A stretch of DNA of 64,000 nt from an uncultured delta proteobacterium (GTDB lineage: Bacteria > Desulfobacterota > Desulfobacteria > Desulfobacterales > Desulfatirhabdiaceae): positions 320,001 to 384,000 of the forward strand of contig CAWBKP010000022.1 in NCBI GenBank assembly GCA_963789395.1. The letters run 5' to 3'. Made by a program: the position numbers and the translations under genes. The notes beneath the pieces were generated by a model. The model saw only the letters and a list, made by a program, of their open reading frames with translations. It searched no databases and was not told where the DNA came from. Below are positions 32,028-42,060 of this stretch, one piece after another; the stretch's first letter is position 1, and each line of letters opens with the position of its first letter.

Positions 32028-33026
32028 CTATTTTTTTTCCACCGTTGCTGTAAAAGCCTTGATTTTATCCAACCAACTTTTGCCGATCTCAGGTTCAAAC
32101 TTATCCCACACGGTCATCTCCCGGGCTTTGAACTTGGCCATTTCCTCCGGGGAAAGATCGCTGACGGTAACGCCTTTTTCCTTCAATGCGGCATCGGCCT
32201 CACCGGTCAGTTTCATGCTGGCCTCACGGGCCTTTGCCAGGTTTTCGGATATCACCTTGGACAGCGCCTCCCGGGTGTCCGGAGCAAGGTCGTTCCACCA
32301 TTTTTCATTGACCATGAAGTAGAACAGACCCACCATGTGCCGGGTGTGGGTAAAGTATTTGCAGACATCCGCCAGGCGCATGCGGGCCACGTTTTCGGTC
32401 TGATCCGTGCCGTCCACCACGCCCTGCTTGAGCGCCGGAAACACGTCGCCCCATGCCATGGGAAGGGGGTTCATGTCCAGAGCGTTCCAGAAGGCAAGAG
32501 GATAGCGGGCCTGGGTTGTACGCATTTTCATGGTTCTCAGCTCATCCAGTGTGCTGAACGGCTTGGTGCTGGCAATGCCGTAAATGCCGAAATAGGCCAT
32601 GTCCAGCACCAGTATGCCTTTATCATGAAGGCTGGTGAACAGCTCCTTGCGAAGGTCCGGATTCTTCAAGAACCCTTCCCATTTGGCGTAGGAGTCCATA
32701 CAGAAGGCAAGGGTTCCGATCCCGAACTTGGGATCAAGTTCGGGAGCATAATTGCCGGTGCAATAGGCGCCCTGAAGCGCTCCCATGCGCACTTTTTTGA
32801 CGATTTCGATCTCGTTGCCCATCTGCCCGGAGTGAAAATACTTGGCGGTGACCTTGCTGCCGAGTTTCTCGTTCACGTCTTTTTCAATCCATTGTCCTGA
32901 TTCGGGGCCGGGTTCGATGGGATTGATGAAGTGGGCAAATTTGAAATCCACGGGTTCCGCATGGACCGTGGCGATTCCCAGACAACACACCATGGCAAAA
33001 AGAAAAACCGATATTGTTCGCTTCAT
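32028..33026 (-). CDS. dctP: TRAP transporter substrate-binding protein
   Basis: Signal peptide; GQMGNE, KMRT, PMAWGDVFPALKQGVVDG. Confidence 0.92.
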   Translation of the reverse strand: MKRTISVFLFAMVCCLGIATVHAEPVDFKFAHFINPIEPGPESGQWIEKDVNEKLGSKVTAKYFHSGQMGNEIEIVKKVRMGALQGAYCTGNYAPELDPKFGIGTLAFCMDSYAKWEGFLKNPDLRKELFTSLHDKGILVLDMAYFGIYGIASTKPFSTLDELRTMKMRTTQARYPLAFWNALDMNPLPMAWGDVFPALKQGVVDGTDQTENVARMRLADVCKYFTHTRHMVGLFYFMVNEKWWNDLAPDTREALSKVISENLAKAREASMKLTGEADAALKEKGVTVSDLSPEEMAKFKAREMTVWDKFEPEIGKSWLDKIKAFTATVEKK

Positions 33027-33103
33027 GACATTTCCTTTCATTGTGGCCCGGGCGCGGCGGGTGGCGACGGCAACGGGCAGGTAAGTGATTCGAAAACCGT
33101 TAT

Positions 33104-34660
33104 TCAGACATTCCGATCGTGGCCCATCCAGTATTCATCCCGTAAAATCCGTTTCAGGATTTTGCCGGCCGGACTTTTGGGCAGGGCATCACGAAACTCC
33201 ACTGTACTGGGCTTTTTGTAGCTGGCCATATTTTCCTTGCAGAAAGTAATCAGATCGCCGGCCGTGGCGGTCTTTCCCGGCTTCAACACCACGATCGCCT
33301 TTACGGATTCTCCCCAGTGTGCATCCGGCACGCCGATAACCGTTGTTTCCAGCACTGCCGGATGCCCGTAGAGCACTTCCTCCACCTCCCTGGGGTAGAT
33401 GTTTTTGCCGCCGCTGATAATCATGTCGTTTTTGCGATCCACGATGTAGACAAAACCATCCTTGTCCTGCCGGGCATAATCGCCGGTATGAAGCCAGCCG
33501 CCTTTCAGCAGACGGCTGGTTTCCTCCGGCAGCGCCCAATAGCCGACGGTCATTGCCTCGCCGCGAACGGTCAGCTCGCCCACTTCGCCCTGGGGAACCT
33601 TGCAATCCGTCTCATCCACTACCCGGACCTCGAAATGCAGGGCGGAACGGCCACAGGAACCCAGGCGCTCCTGGCCGGCTTCGGTCTCCACCAGGTGGTC
33701 CTCGGGCCTCAGCACCGTTGTCATGGGTCCGGTTTCGGTCTGGCCAAAGAACTGCATGAACCCGCAATTGAAGCGGTTTAAGGCCTGTTTGAGAAGATTT
33801 ACCGGCATGGGCGATGCGGCATAGAGGATCAGGCGCAGGGCGCTCAGATCGTATTGCTCGATGGACGTTTCCTGGAGCAGGGTATTGATCATGGTGGGCA
33901 CGAACTGGCAGATGGTGATGCGGTGCCGGGACAGAAGTTCCAGCACCTGGCGGGTGTCAAATTTGCCTTCCCGCCGGATTACGATGGTATTGCCCCGCAG
34001 GATGTGACAGAAGCGGTCTTCAAGGGTCACATGGTAAAAAGGAAACAGAAGCAGTACCCGGTCATCCGGGTGCAGGCCCATCTCGATGGCTCCTGCCAGC
34101 GCATTGAGGTAGTTGTGTCGATGGGTGCGCATGACGCCCTTGGGCTTGCCGGTGGTGCCGGAGGTCAGAAAGATGCTCATGAGATCATCCTCTTTGACTT
34201 CCACATCCGGCTCCGCTTCGGGTTGAGCATCCATCAACGCTTCATAACGCAGATGGTTGGCCGAGGCAGTCGGTCCGATACAGATGGCGCCTTCCAGCGA
34301 GTCGAACTGCCCCATCAGTTTGTCAACCCGTTCGCCAAACTCGGCCTCGAAAAAAATAAACCGGGGCCGGATATAATCAATGTCCCGGAACATTTCCTTT
34401 TCGCGCAGCAGATTGTTGATGGGAACCATTACCCCGCCGATTTTGCTGAGGGCAAGGTAAATTTCATAGTATTCGATGCTGTTATGGGTCAGAACAGCCA
34501 CCCGGTCTCCCCGCCGGAGAGAACGATCCAGCATTGCATGGGACAATCGGTTGACCCGTCGGTTCAGCTGATCATAGGTAAGGGACTTTTCTTCCATGAT
34601 CAGGGCGGTTTTATCCGGCACTCGACCGGCGGTCATCCGTAACATATCTCTGATAAGCAT
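33104..34660 (-). CDS. AMP-forming acyl/aryl-CoA ligase
   Basis: TSGTTGKPKG, FGQTE, WLHTGD, DRKNDMIISGG, LPKSPAGK; GGAG RBS before ATG at 34660. Confidence 0.92.
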   Translation of the reverse strand: MLIRDMLRMTAGRVPDKTALIMEEKSLTYDQLNRRVNRLSHAMLDRSLRRGDRVAVLTHNSIEYYEIYLALSKIGGVMVPINNLLREKEMFRDIDYIRPRFIFFEAEFGERVDKLMGQFDSLEGAICIGPTASANHLRYEALMDAQPEAEPDVEVKEDDLMSIFLTSGTTGKPKGVMRTHRHNYLNALAGAIEMGLHPDDRVLLLFPFYHVTLEDRFCHILRGNTIVIRREGKFDTRQVLELLSRHRITICQFVPTMINTLLQETSIEQYDLSALRLILYAASPMPVNLLKQALNRFNCGFMQFFGQTETGPMTTVLRPEDHLVETEAGQERLGSCGRSALHFEVRVVDETDCKVPQGEVGELTVRGEAMTVGYWALPEETSRLLKGGWLHTGDYARQDKDGFVYIVDRKNDMIISGGKNIYPREVEEVLYGHPAVLETTVIGVPDAHWGESVKAIVVLKPGKTATAGDLITFCKENMASYKKPSTVEFRDALPKSPAGKILKRILRDEYWMGHDRNV

Positions 34661-34752
34661 GACATCAACTCCTGGCGATGTTGAAAATGGTGATTGCAGC
34701 GGTGAAGTTGATCCGGTCGAAATAATTCGTAACCGGATCAACCTCTCGATGT

Positions 34753-37021
34753 TTAGATTTTCCCGCCGTCGAGGATCTTCTCCGGGGTTATGGGAAGGTC
34801 CTTGCACCGGAATCCGGTGGCATGATAGACGGCATCGGCAATGGCGGGTGCCGTGGGGATGGCCAGTCCCTCGCCGGCTTCCTTGGCGCCCATCGGGCCT
34901 TCCGGCTCATAGGTGTGGATATGGGATACCTCGCTGGGCGGCACGTCCATGGCATTGGGCATTTTGTAATCCAGAAAATTGGTATTCAGGGTTTTTCCGC
35001 CGTCCATCACGAACTGCTCCGAGAGGGCGTAGCCCAGCCCCATCTGAATCGATCCTTCAAGCTGTCCTTCAACCGCCATCTGATTGATCACCGTGCCGCA
35101 GTCATGGGCGGTCCAGAATTTCTTGACCTGGACAATTCCGGTTTCCGGATCCACCGCCACCTCGGATACCTGAGCGCCGAAACTGAAAGCAGGCGTTACC
35201 ATCCCCTTGTCTCGGGGCGTGTAATATCCGCGCTCGACAACCGGTTCGCCGCGGCCGGCCTTCTGCGTCATGGCCACCGCCTCGGCAAAGGAAACTCCTT
35301 TGTCCGGCTTGCCTTTTGAAAATATCCGGCCGTCCTTGCAGGCCAGTTCATGAATGACATTCAGATTCAGCCGCGCCGAAACACTGCCGAACAGACGGGC
35401 TTTTATTTTTCTGGCCGCATCGACAACCGCATTACCGTTCATGACGGTCAGTCGGCTTCCCCAGGCGCCCAGGTCCGCCTGAGGCGTCATGGCCGTATCC
35501 GCCGACGTGATGCGGATGTCTTCCATCCTCAGTCCCAGCTCTTCTGCGAGAATCTGCTTCAGCACCGTATCGCACCCCTGGCCGATGTCCGCGGCCATGG
35601 TCAGCAGATGCGCGGTGCCATCGTCAAAGACCTTGACCTCGGCGGCTGAAAACGGATACTGGGTGTTGAACCAGTTGAACACGCCGCCTGATATGAAACT
35701 ATAGCATCCGATGCCGATGCCGCAGCCTTTTTTCAGAGTTCTTTCGTTTTTCCTTCCAGTTGCTCATTTCAGCTACTTTCTCAAGCGCTTCGATAAAACC
35801 GCAGCTCGATATGGTGGCCACATCCGGAATTTTATCGCCGGTTACCTGCGCGTTTTTGATCCTCAGGTCGATCGGATCGATGCCAAGGGCTTCTGCCGCG
35901 ATATTCATCTGCGATTCGGTGGCAAACAGCGACTGGGGGGCTCCGAACCCGCGCATGGCGCTGGCGGGCGGTTTGTTGGTATAGACATGCTCGCCCAGAA
36001 AGCGGTAATTCGGATACCGGTACAGCATGGCCCCAAAGGTTCCGCATAAAAAGGTGGCCGTGGGTCCCATGGCGTTGTATGCGCCCCCGTCCAGAAGAAT
36101 CCGCAGGTCTTTTGCGGTCAGGGTTCCGTCTTTTTTAAACCCGACCTTGGAAACCAGCTTCATGGGATGGCGCCTTCTGCCTGCCAGAAACTCCTCTTCC
36201 CGGGTCAGGGTGAATTTTACGGGACGGCCGGTTTTCCTGGCCATGAAGGCCGCGCAGAACTCCCAGGTCCTGAGTTCCATCTTGCCGCCGAACCCGCCGC
36301 CCACAAAGGGTTTGATCACGCGGATGTCGTTTTCCCGCATATTCAGTGTCGAGGCCAGCAGGCACTGAATGATGTACGGTACCTGGGTGGATGTCCACAA
36401 GGTGATCCTGCCGTCCAGATCGCATTGCGCCAGCGCTGAACAGGGCTCAAGGTACGCGGGGCTCACCGCGTGAACCGTGAACGTATCCTCCCGGACATAG
36501 TCTGATTCGGCAAAAGCCTGCTCCACATTTCCGTACTGGATTTTGCGGTTGACACTGATATTGCCCGGGCAGTAGTCGTGAATGACCGGCGCTCCTTTTT
36601 GAATCGATGCGTCCACGTCAAAAACAGCCGGAAGCGCTTCGTATTCCACTTGGATCAAGCCCAGCGCTTCTTCCGCAATGTCCAGGTCCACGGCTGCCAC
36701 GGCGGCCACCTCATCTCCGATGAAACGCACCTTGTCAATCGCCAGCGGATATTCGTCCTGGGTATCGGGAAACAGGCGCCAGTTTCCGTACTTGATTTTG
36801 GGCGTGTCCGCTCCGGTAACGATGCATTTGACCCCCGGAATCGACGCTGCCCTGCTGGTGTCGATATGGACAATGCGCGCATGGGGAATAGGACTGCGTA
36901 GTATTCTGCCGTGCAGCATCCCCGGCAGCTTGATATCATCGGTGTATATCGCGGCTCCCGTTGCTTTGGCCCGCCCGTCATTTCTCGGGATATTCTTGCC
37001 AACAATACTGAACTCTTTCAT
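34753..37021 (-). CDS. hcrA: Xanthine oxidase-family molybdopterin subunit, 4-hydroxybenzoyl-CoA reductase alpha-like; one apparent frameshift near 35740
   Basis: VGGGFGGK, AMRGFGAPQ, DIGQG, AHDCG, GPMGAKEAGEG; removing one base joins ORFs 35699-37021 and 34753-35682; aromatic-degradation context. Confidence 0.75.
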
Positions 37022-37043
37022 AGCCTGTCCTCTTTACCTGTAC

Positions 37044-37919
37044 TTATCGTTCCAGTGCATTTTTGTGAGCTTCCCTCAAAACGCGTCGGGTAAGCACCGC
37101 CACCATTTTCGATCGATAATCCGCGCTGGCCCGGACATCGGTAATGGGCTTTGTTTCCCATGACGCCTCTGCGCCTGCTTTATCAACGGCTTCCGCCGTC
37201 AATTCTTTCCCGCGGATCATTTTTTCGGCGTTTCTGGCGCGAACCGGCGTCGGGCCGCAGGCACTGATAAAGAGCCTGAGATCTTCGCACACCCGCCCTT
37301 TCAGGGTCAGCATGATTCCGGCACCAACGGCCGTGCAATCGAGCTTGCCCCGAGCGGAAAGGCTGAAATAGGCCGTTCCCGAATGCGGCGCCGGAATCGG
37401 AGCCTGAACGGACGTAACGATCTCAAAGGGTTCCAGGGCCGTGACACCCGGGCCTTTGAAAAAGTGCTCCAGCGGCAGGGTGCGGCCACCGGCAGGCCCC
37501 TGAATATGAACCTCGGCCCCCATGGCCAGAAGGGTGGGGGCATTGTCGGCGGACGGCGAGGCATTGCACAGATTTCCGATCACCGTTCCCATGTTGCGCA
37601 CCTGGACGTTGGCGGTTCCCCGCGCAGCCTGGGCAACCGTCGGATACTGTTTCAAGATATCCGGATGACTGGCCACATCGGCCAGAAGCGCCGTGGCGCC
37701 GATGGTCAGGCCTTTTGTTTCATCAAATGCGATGGTATCGAGTCCCGGAATATGCTTCAACGAGATGATGGCCCTGGGCTTAAGGCCTGCATGACGCATT
37801 TTAATCAGCAGATCCGTTCCGCCCGCCATCACCCGGGCGCCCGGACCCTTGGATTGCAGCAGGTCGATGGCATCGATGAGCGTGGTGGGCGCAAAATAGT
37901 CAAAATGTGAAAGTCTCAT
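37044..37919 (-). CDS. hcrB: Xanthine oxidase-family FAD-binding subunit (HcrB/PcmR-like, no 4Fe-4S insert)
   Basis: MAGGTDL, QVRNMGTVIGNLCNASPSAD, DVRASADYR. Confidence 0.75.
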   Translation of the reverse strand: MRLSHFDYFAPTTLIDAIDLLQSKGPGARVMAGGTDLLIKMRHAGLKPRAIISLKHIPGLDTIAFDETKGLTIGATALLADVASHPDILKQYPTVAQAARGTANVQVRNMGTVIGNLCNASPSADNAPTLLAMGAEVHIQGPAGGRTLPLEHFFKGPGVTALEPFEIVTSVQAPIPAPHSGTAYFSLSARGKLDCTAVGAGIMLTLKGRVCEDLRLFISACGPTPVRARNAEKMIRGKELTAEAVDKAGAEASWETKPITDVRASADYRSKMVAVLTRRVLREAHKNALER

Positions 37920-38410
37920 GACGGGCTCCTTTCTGAAGCATCTTTCATCTTTTGACCCGCAATGGCGACTGCTTCCACGATCTTTGTATATCCCGTACAC
38001 CGGCAAAGATTTCCGGACAACGCCTCCCGGATTTCGGTATCGGTCGGCGACGGATTGTGATTCAGCAGATGCAGGGCCGATATCTCCATCCCCGGGGTGC
38101 AAAATCCGCACTGGATAGCGCCTTTTTCGATAAATGCTTCCTGAATGGGATGCAGGGTCTCGCCGGAAGGCGCCATGCCTTCGACGGTCATGATGGCTTT
38201 CCCCTCCATCTCTATGGCCAGGCTTAAACAGGAACTGACGGCACGGCCGTCGACCAGTACCGTACAGGCGCCGCAATCCCCGGATCCGCAGCCGATTTTA
38301 ACCCCCGTCAAGTTAATATCTTCCCGAAGCACCTCGTTCAGGGTCTGCCAGGGATTAACGGCAACCGTGTAGGGTTCTCCATTGACGTTCAGCTCGATGA
38401 CTTTTTTCAT
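37916..38410 (-). CDS. hcrC: Xanthine oxidase-family 2x[2Fe-2S] subunit
   Basis: GCGSGDCGACTV...SC, QCGFCTPG, NLCRCTGY. Confidence 0.8.
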   Translation of the reverse strand: MKKVIELNVNGEPYTVAVNPWQTLNEVLREDINLTGVKIGCGSGDCGACTVLVDGRAVSSCLSLAIEMEGKAIMTVEGMAPSGETLHPIQEAFIEKGAIQCGFCTPGMEISALHLLNHNPSPTDTEIREALSGNLCRCTGYTKIVEAVAIAGQKMKDASERSPS

Positions 38411-38451
38411 CTTTCCTTCTCCCGAATTTCAAATAAATATCAGCCCATCTC

Positions 38452-39600
38452 TTAATACCGGCCCAGTATTTTTTTTGCGACAATGACTTTTTCAACTTCC
38501 TTGCTGCCTTCAAAAATCTCCAGCACCTTGGCGTTTCTCCAATAGTGAGCCACGCCGTATTCTTCCAGAATACCGTATCCGCCATGGAGTTGAATCGCCT
38601 CGTCGGCAACCTGGACCGCAACCTCCGCGCAGTACCATTTTGCCATGGAGCTAAGGCCGGGGTCCGGAGTGCCCGAATCCAGCTTGGAAGCCGCGCGATA
38701 GCACAGAGATCTTGCCGCTTCGGTTTTGGTGGCCATCTCCGCGATTTTCCCCTGGACCAACTGGAACTGAGCCAGTGGTTTTCCAAATTGCTGCCGCTTG
38801 CGAACATGGCTGACGGCCTTGTCCAGGGCGCCTTGGGCCGTCCCGACCCCCAGGGCCGCAACCTGTACGCGAGAGCGGTTAAAAAACTCCATGATGTTGT
38901 AAAAACCCTGACCTTCCTTTCCCAGGAGATTTTCCTTGGGAACCCTGACATTTTTTAAAACAACGTCCCCGGTATTCGACGCCCTCAAAGAGAGTTTGCC
39001 GTGATACGCCGTCGCCTGATATCCCGGCCGATCGGTCTCGACAATGATGGTGCTGAACCGTTGATGGACTTTGGGATGTTCCGGATTGGTGACGCACAGC
39101 ACCACCAGAAAATCGGCCAGGTTGCAATTGGTGATAAATATTTTGCTGCCGTTAATGACCCATTCATCGTTATCCAGAACAGCCGTTGTGCTGACGGATG
39201 CAACGTCGCTGCCGGCATCCGGTTCCGTGATCGCCATGCCCATCCGGATCTTTCCGTTACAGATCGGGGGCAGATATTTGCATTTCTGCGCTTCGGAACC
39301 CACCATCTGAATGAGCTGCGTACCGAAAAAAGTCGATTCAATCGCATGGGCAATCCCCAGATCCACCCGGGCAAACTCCTCCACGATCAGGCACTGATCA
39401 AGGTAGCCCATACCCATGCCCTCGTATTTTTCCTCTATGAAAACCCCTAAAAATCCGAGTTCCGCAGCCTTTTTCCACAGACGGTCATCGAATGATTCCT
39501 TTTTATCCAGTTCACGGGCGATTTCCCTGAACTCCCCTTCGGAAAATTCCCTTGCAGCTTTCTGGATTTTCACCTGATCCTGGGTCAACGAAAAATACAT
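38452..39600 (-). CDS. Acyl-CoA dehydrogenase
   Basis: AITEPDAGSD, NGSKIFITN, RQQFGKPL, QLHGGYG, IFEGSKE. Confidence 0.95.
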   Translation of the reverse strand: MYFSLTQDQVKIQKAAREFSEGEFREIARELDKKESFDDRLWKKAAELGFLGVFIEEKYEGMGMGYLDQCLIVEEFARVDLGIAHAIESTFFGTQLIQMVGSEAQKCKYLPPICNGKIRMGMAITEPDAGSDVASVSTTAVLDNDEWVINGSKIFITNCNLADFLVVLCVTNPEHPKVHQRFSTIIVETDRPGYQATAYHGKLSLRASNTGDVVLKNVRVPKENLLGKEGQGFYNIMEFFNRSRVQVAALGVGTAQGALDKAVSHVRKRQQFGKPLAQFQLVQGKIAEMATKTEAARSLCYRAASKLDSGTPDPGLSSMAKWYCAEVAVQVADEAIQLHGGYGILEEYGVAHYWRNAKVLEIFEGSKEVEKVIVAKKILGRY

Positions 39601-39724
39601 AACACAACCCTTTCAATAATAAAGTTTGACGGCGTCGTAAAAAACACGACACGAGCTGCATGTCGGTTCCGAGCTCTTCCACAAAGCGCGCACGTTCTGT
39701 GAAGCGTGGCAGGGCATTTTGCCA

Positions 39725-39793
39725 AGTTAAAATATTAAAACGCTAATAATTTATATATTGACTATTAATATTTTAACTATATAATTCTGTCAA
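39725..39793. promoter_or_regulatory. Divergent promoter region with a 14-bp perfect inverted repeat (candidate MarR operator)
   Basis: AGTTAAAATATTAA (39725-38) / TTAATATTTTAACT (39765-78); TTGACT-N16-TATAAT on + (39758-39785); TTGACA on - (39788-93). Confidence 0.6.
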
Positions 39794-39955
39794 GAATAAT
39801 TTATGTTCATTGGAAATCGTGGTATGATGTTTAACAGCTTGTTATCTTATATTAATTTTTGTATCAATTATTATTGATATGCGTTGAAATTTGGTTGCCG
39901 TATTCTGTTTCCGGGCGTGATCCGGCTCAACCCTTTTTGAGAAGGATACATCACG

Positions 39956-40408
39956 ATGTCTGATAGCGTTTACAAGAATGATATGAGCTTTGATGAGCGG
40001 GTGATGATGGCAATCGTGAGGCTGGCCGAACGCTTTAAAAAGGAATCTTCATTATATTTGAAGGATTACAATATTACTTTTCCTCAGTACAACGTCCTCA
40101 GGGTATTGGACGCATCAAAAAACGGGCAGAATACGATGAAGAATGTCAACCGGATCATGTTGATTTCAAGTGCGAACATGACCGGAATTACCCAGAGGCT
40201 GGAAAAAGTCGGACTCATCACCAGAAAGAACGCCCCGGAAGATGACCGCTTAAAATATCTGGAAATCACGCCAACAGGAAGACAGGTGCTGAAGAATATT
40301 TCGGATAAAAAAGAGCGGGTTGTAAAAAAATATTTCCAGAAATATTCCGATGAAAAAAAATCGGAAATACTGTCGCTCTTAAAAGAAATCCTGAATAAAA
40401 AAAATTGA
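39956..40408 (+). CDS. MarR-family transcriptional regulator
   Basis: ITFPQYNVL, NMTGITQRLEKVGLITR, DDR..LEITPTG. Confidence 0.92.
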   Translation: MSDSVYKNDMSFDERVMMAIVRLAERFKKESSLYLKDYNITFPQYNVLRVLDASKNGQNTMKNVNRIMLISSANMTGITQRLEKVGLITRKNAPEDDRLKYLEITPTGRQVLKNISDKKERVVKKYFQKYSDEKKSEILSLLKEILNKKN

Positions 40409-40532
40409 TGGCCTTGCCAATAAGTCAAGCATGTTTCCCATCCGGGACAGACCTGCTTGCGAAGAGAATCACATCAAATACCGTTCCACGCCCCTTCCAA
40501 CGCCAACTTTTAACCATCCCTCCAAATTTTTC

Positions 40533-40581
40533 TTGACAAAAGTCATAGTAGCTGTAATGTAGCTTAAATGTAACTAATATG
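40533..40581 (+). promoter_or_regulatory. Sigma70-like promoter of the oah operon with three phased 11-bp direct repeats
   Basis: TTGACA (40533-38)-N16-TAATGT; repeats TAGCTGTAATG / TAGCTTAAATG / TAACTAATATG. Confidence 0.55.
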
Positions 40582-40630
40582 TGACGTTATTATCCGAATA
40601 GATATCACCGCACGATAAAGGAGACGCATT

Positions 40631-41761
40631 ATGGCCGATTTAAGCTGGTTACCGAGAGACTCAGGCGCAAAAGATCATTTTCTCTGGAGCGAAGCGCAGT
40701 TTTCATCCCAGGCCCCTGGGGTGATATTTGAGAAAAAGCCGGTTCTGGATGCCGGCGGCAAGCCGGTGGATGGACTTTATTCCGCCTGGATTACCCTGAA
40801 CAACCCCACCCAGTACAACTCCTACACCACGGAAATGGTCAAGAGCGTCATCGCCGGTTTTCAGCGGGCGTCCGCGGACAGTTCGGTGGTTGCCGCCGTA
40901 TTTACCGCCATGGGTGACAAGGCTTTCTGCACGGGCGGCAATACGCGGGAATACGCCGAATACTATTCCGGCCGTCCCAATGAATACGGCCTGTATATGG
41001 ATCTTTTCAATGCCATGGTGGATGGGATTCTGGGCTGCAAGAAACCCACGATCTGCCGGGTCAACGGCATGCGGGTGGCGGGCGGTCAGGAAATCGGCAT
41101 GGCCTGCGATATCACGATCGCAAGCGATCTGGCCATATTCGGTCAGGCCGGCACCCGGCACGGATCCGCACCGGATGGCGGCAGCACCGATTTTCTTCCC
41201 TGGATGCTGCCCATGGAACTGGCCATGTGGAACTGCGTGTCCTGCGAGTTCTGGAGCGCCTATAAAATGAAACAGCTGGGGCTCATATCCAAATGCTTAC
41301 CGGTCATCAAGGACGGCGAGAAATGGGTCAGAAACCCGGCGGTAATCACGGATCAGTACCTGGACGACGGTGAAATCGTATACGGGGAGTTCAAGTCCGG
41401 CGACGCCGCCAAACAGGCCAGAGAATATGTCAAAACCGCCACGACCAGTTTCGAAAAGCTGGATGCGGAACTGAACAGAATCATCTGGACATTCACCAAC
41501 CTGTTCCCCGGCTGTCTGATCAAAAGCGTTGAGGGAATCCGTCTGAAAAAGAAGTTCTTCTGGGATCAGGCCAAGGTCATCAATCGCCACTGGCTGGCCG
41601 CCAATATGGCCACCGAAGCATTTCTGGGATTCAATGCCTTCAACACCAAAAAAATCACCGGCACGGACACCATCGATTTTATCGAATACAGAAGGCGGAT
41701 TGCAGGCAGTTCGGCCTTTGACGCCGAATTCATGGCGGCGGTGCTGGGAAAGCCCAAATAA
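40631..41761 (+). CDS. oah: 6-oxocyclohex-1-ene-1-carbonyl-CoA hydrolase (ring-opening; Oah/BamA/BzdY)
   Basis: WITLNNPTQYNSYTTEMVK, AFCTGGNTREYAEYY, RVNGMRVAGGQEIG, HGSAPDGGSTDFLP, HWLAANM. Confidence 0.93.
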   Translation: MADLSWLPRDSGAKDHFLWSEAQFSSQAPGVIFEKKPVLDAGGKPVDGLYSAWITLNNPTQYNSYTTEMVKSVIAGFQRASADSSVVAAVFTAMGDKAFCTGGNTREYAEYYSGRPNEYGLYMDLFNAMVDGILGCKKPTICRVNGMRVAGGQEIGMACDITIASDLAIFGQAGTRHGSAPDGGSTDFLPWMLPMELAMWNCVSCEFWSAYKMKQLGLISKCLPVIKDGEKWVRNPAVITDQYLDDGEIVYGEFKSGDAAKQAREYVKTATTSFEKLDAELNRIIWTFTNLFPGCLIKSVEGIRLKKKFFWDQAKVINRHWLAANMATEAFLGFNAFNTKKITGTDTIDFIEYRRRIAGSSAFDAEFMAAVLGKPK

Positions 41762-41800
41762 AATGGCTGGTTAAAGTCAGAATCTACATTCCGTGGACTT

Positions 41801-41870
41801 AGGGGGATTTTCAATCGGTTGTACGAAATCCCCCCTGGCCCCCTGACCAAAGGGGGGAATTTCGATTGAA
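41801..41870. repeat. Palindromic CCCCCC/GGGGGG REP-like repeat
   Basis: CGAAATCCCCCC (41824-35) ... GGGGGGAATTTCG (41852-64), nested within TTCAATCG...CGATTGAA. Confidence 0.65.
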
Positions 41871-41875
41871 TCTAT

Positions 41876-42007
41876 GAGCTTCTTGCAAACGTACCGCTGT
41901 TCGTCACCCCGGTGAAAACCGGGGTCCAGAAGCCTTTAAATTTGCTGGATACCGGCTTTCGCCGGTATGACGGAAGAGGTAATTTGAAGGGGTTTTGCAA
42001 GTGGCTC
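41876..42007. repeat. MITE-like unit: outer inverted repeat enclosing a CGTC-tagged REP doublet
   Basis: Outer GAGCTTCTTGCAAAC / GTTTTGCAAGTGGCTC; inner CGTCACCCCGGTGAAAACCGGGGTCCAG ... CTGGATACCGGCTTTCGCCGGTATGACG (41902-41972). Confidence 0.75.
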
Positions 42008-42060
42008 CCGATATAACTTTTATCCACAATTCATAATGGGATTTTTAAAAGGAGTAACAT

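Noticed and set aside
35699..35760. Possible selenocysteine or programmed frameshift in hcrA
   Set aside because: Removing one base restores KNLKKGCGIGIGCY; no in-frame TGA is required, and similar single indels occur throughout the window.
39621..39650. AAAGTTTGACGGCGTCGTAAAAA, resembling a small-element end
   Set aside because: No partner end found nearby.
39707..39724. Sigma54-like TGGCA-N8-TGCCA
   Set aside because: GG-to-GC spacing is one base too long on both strands.
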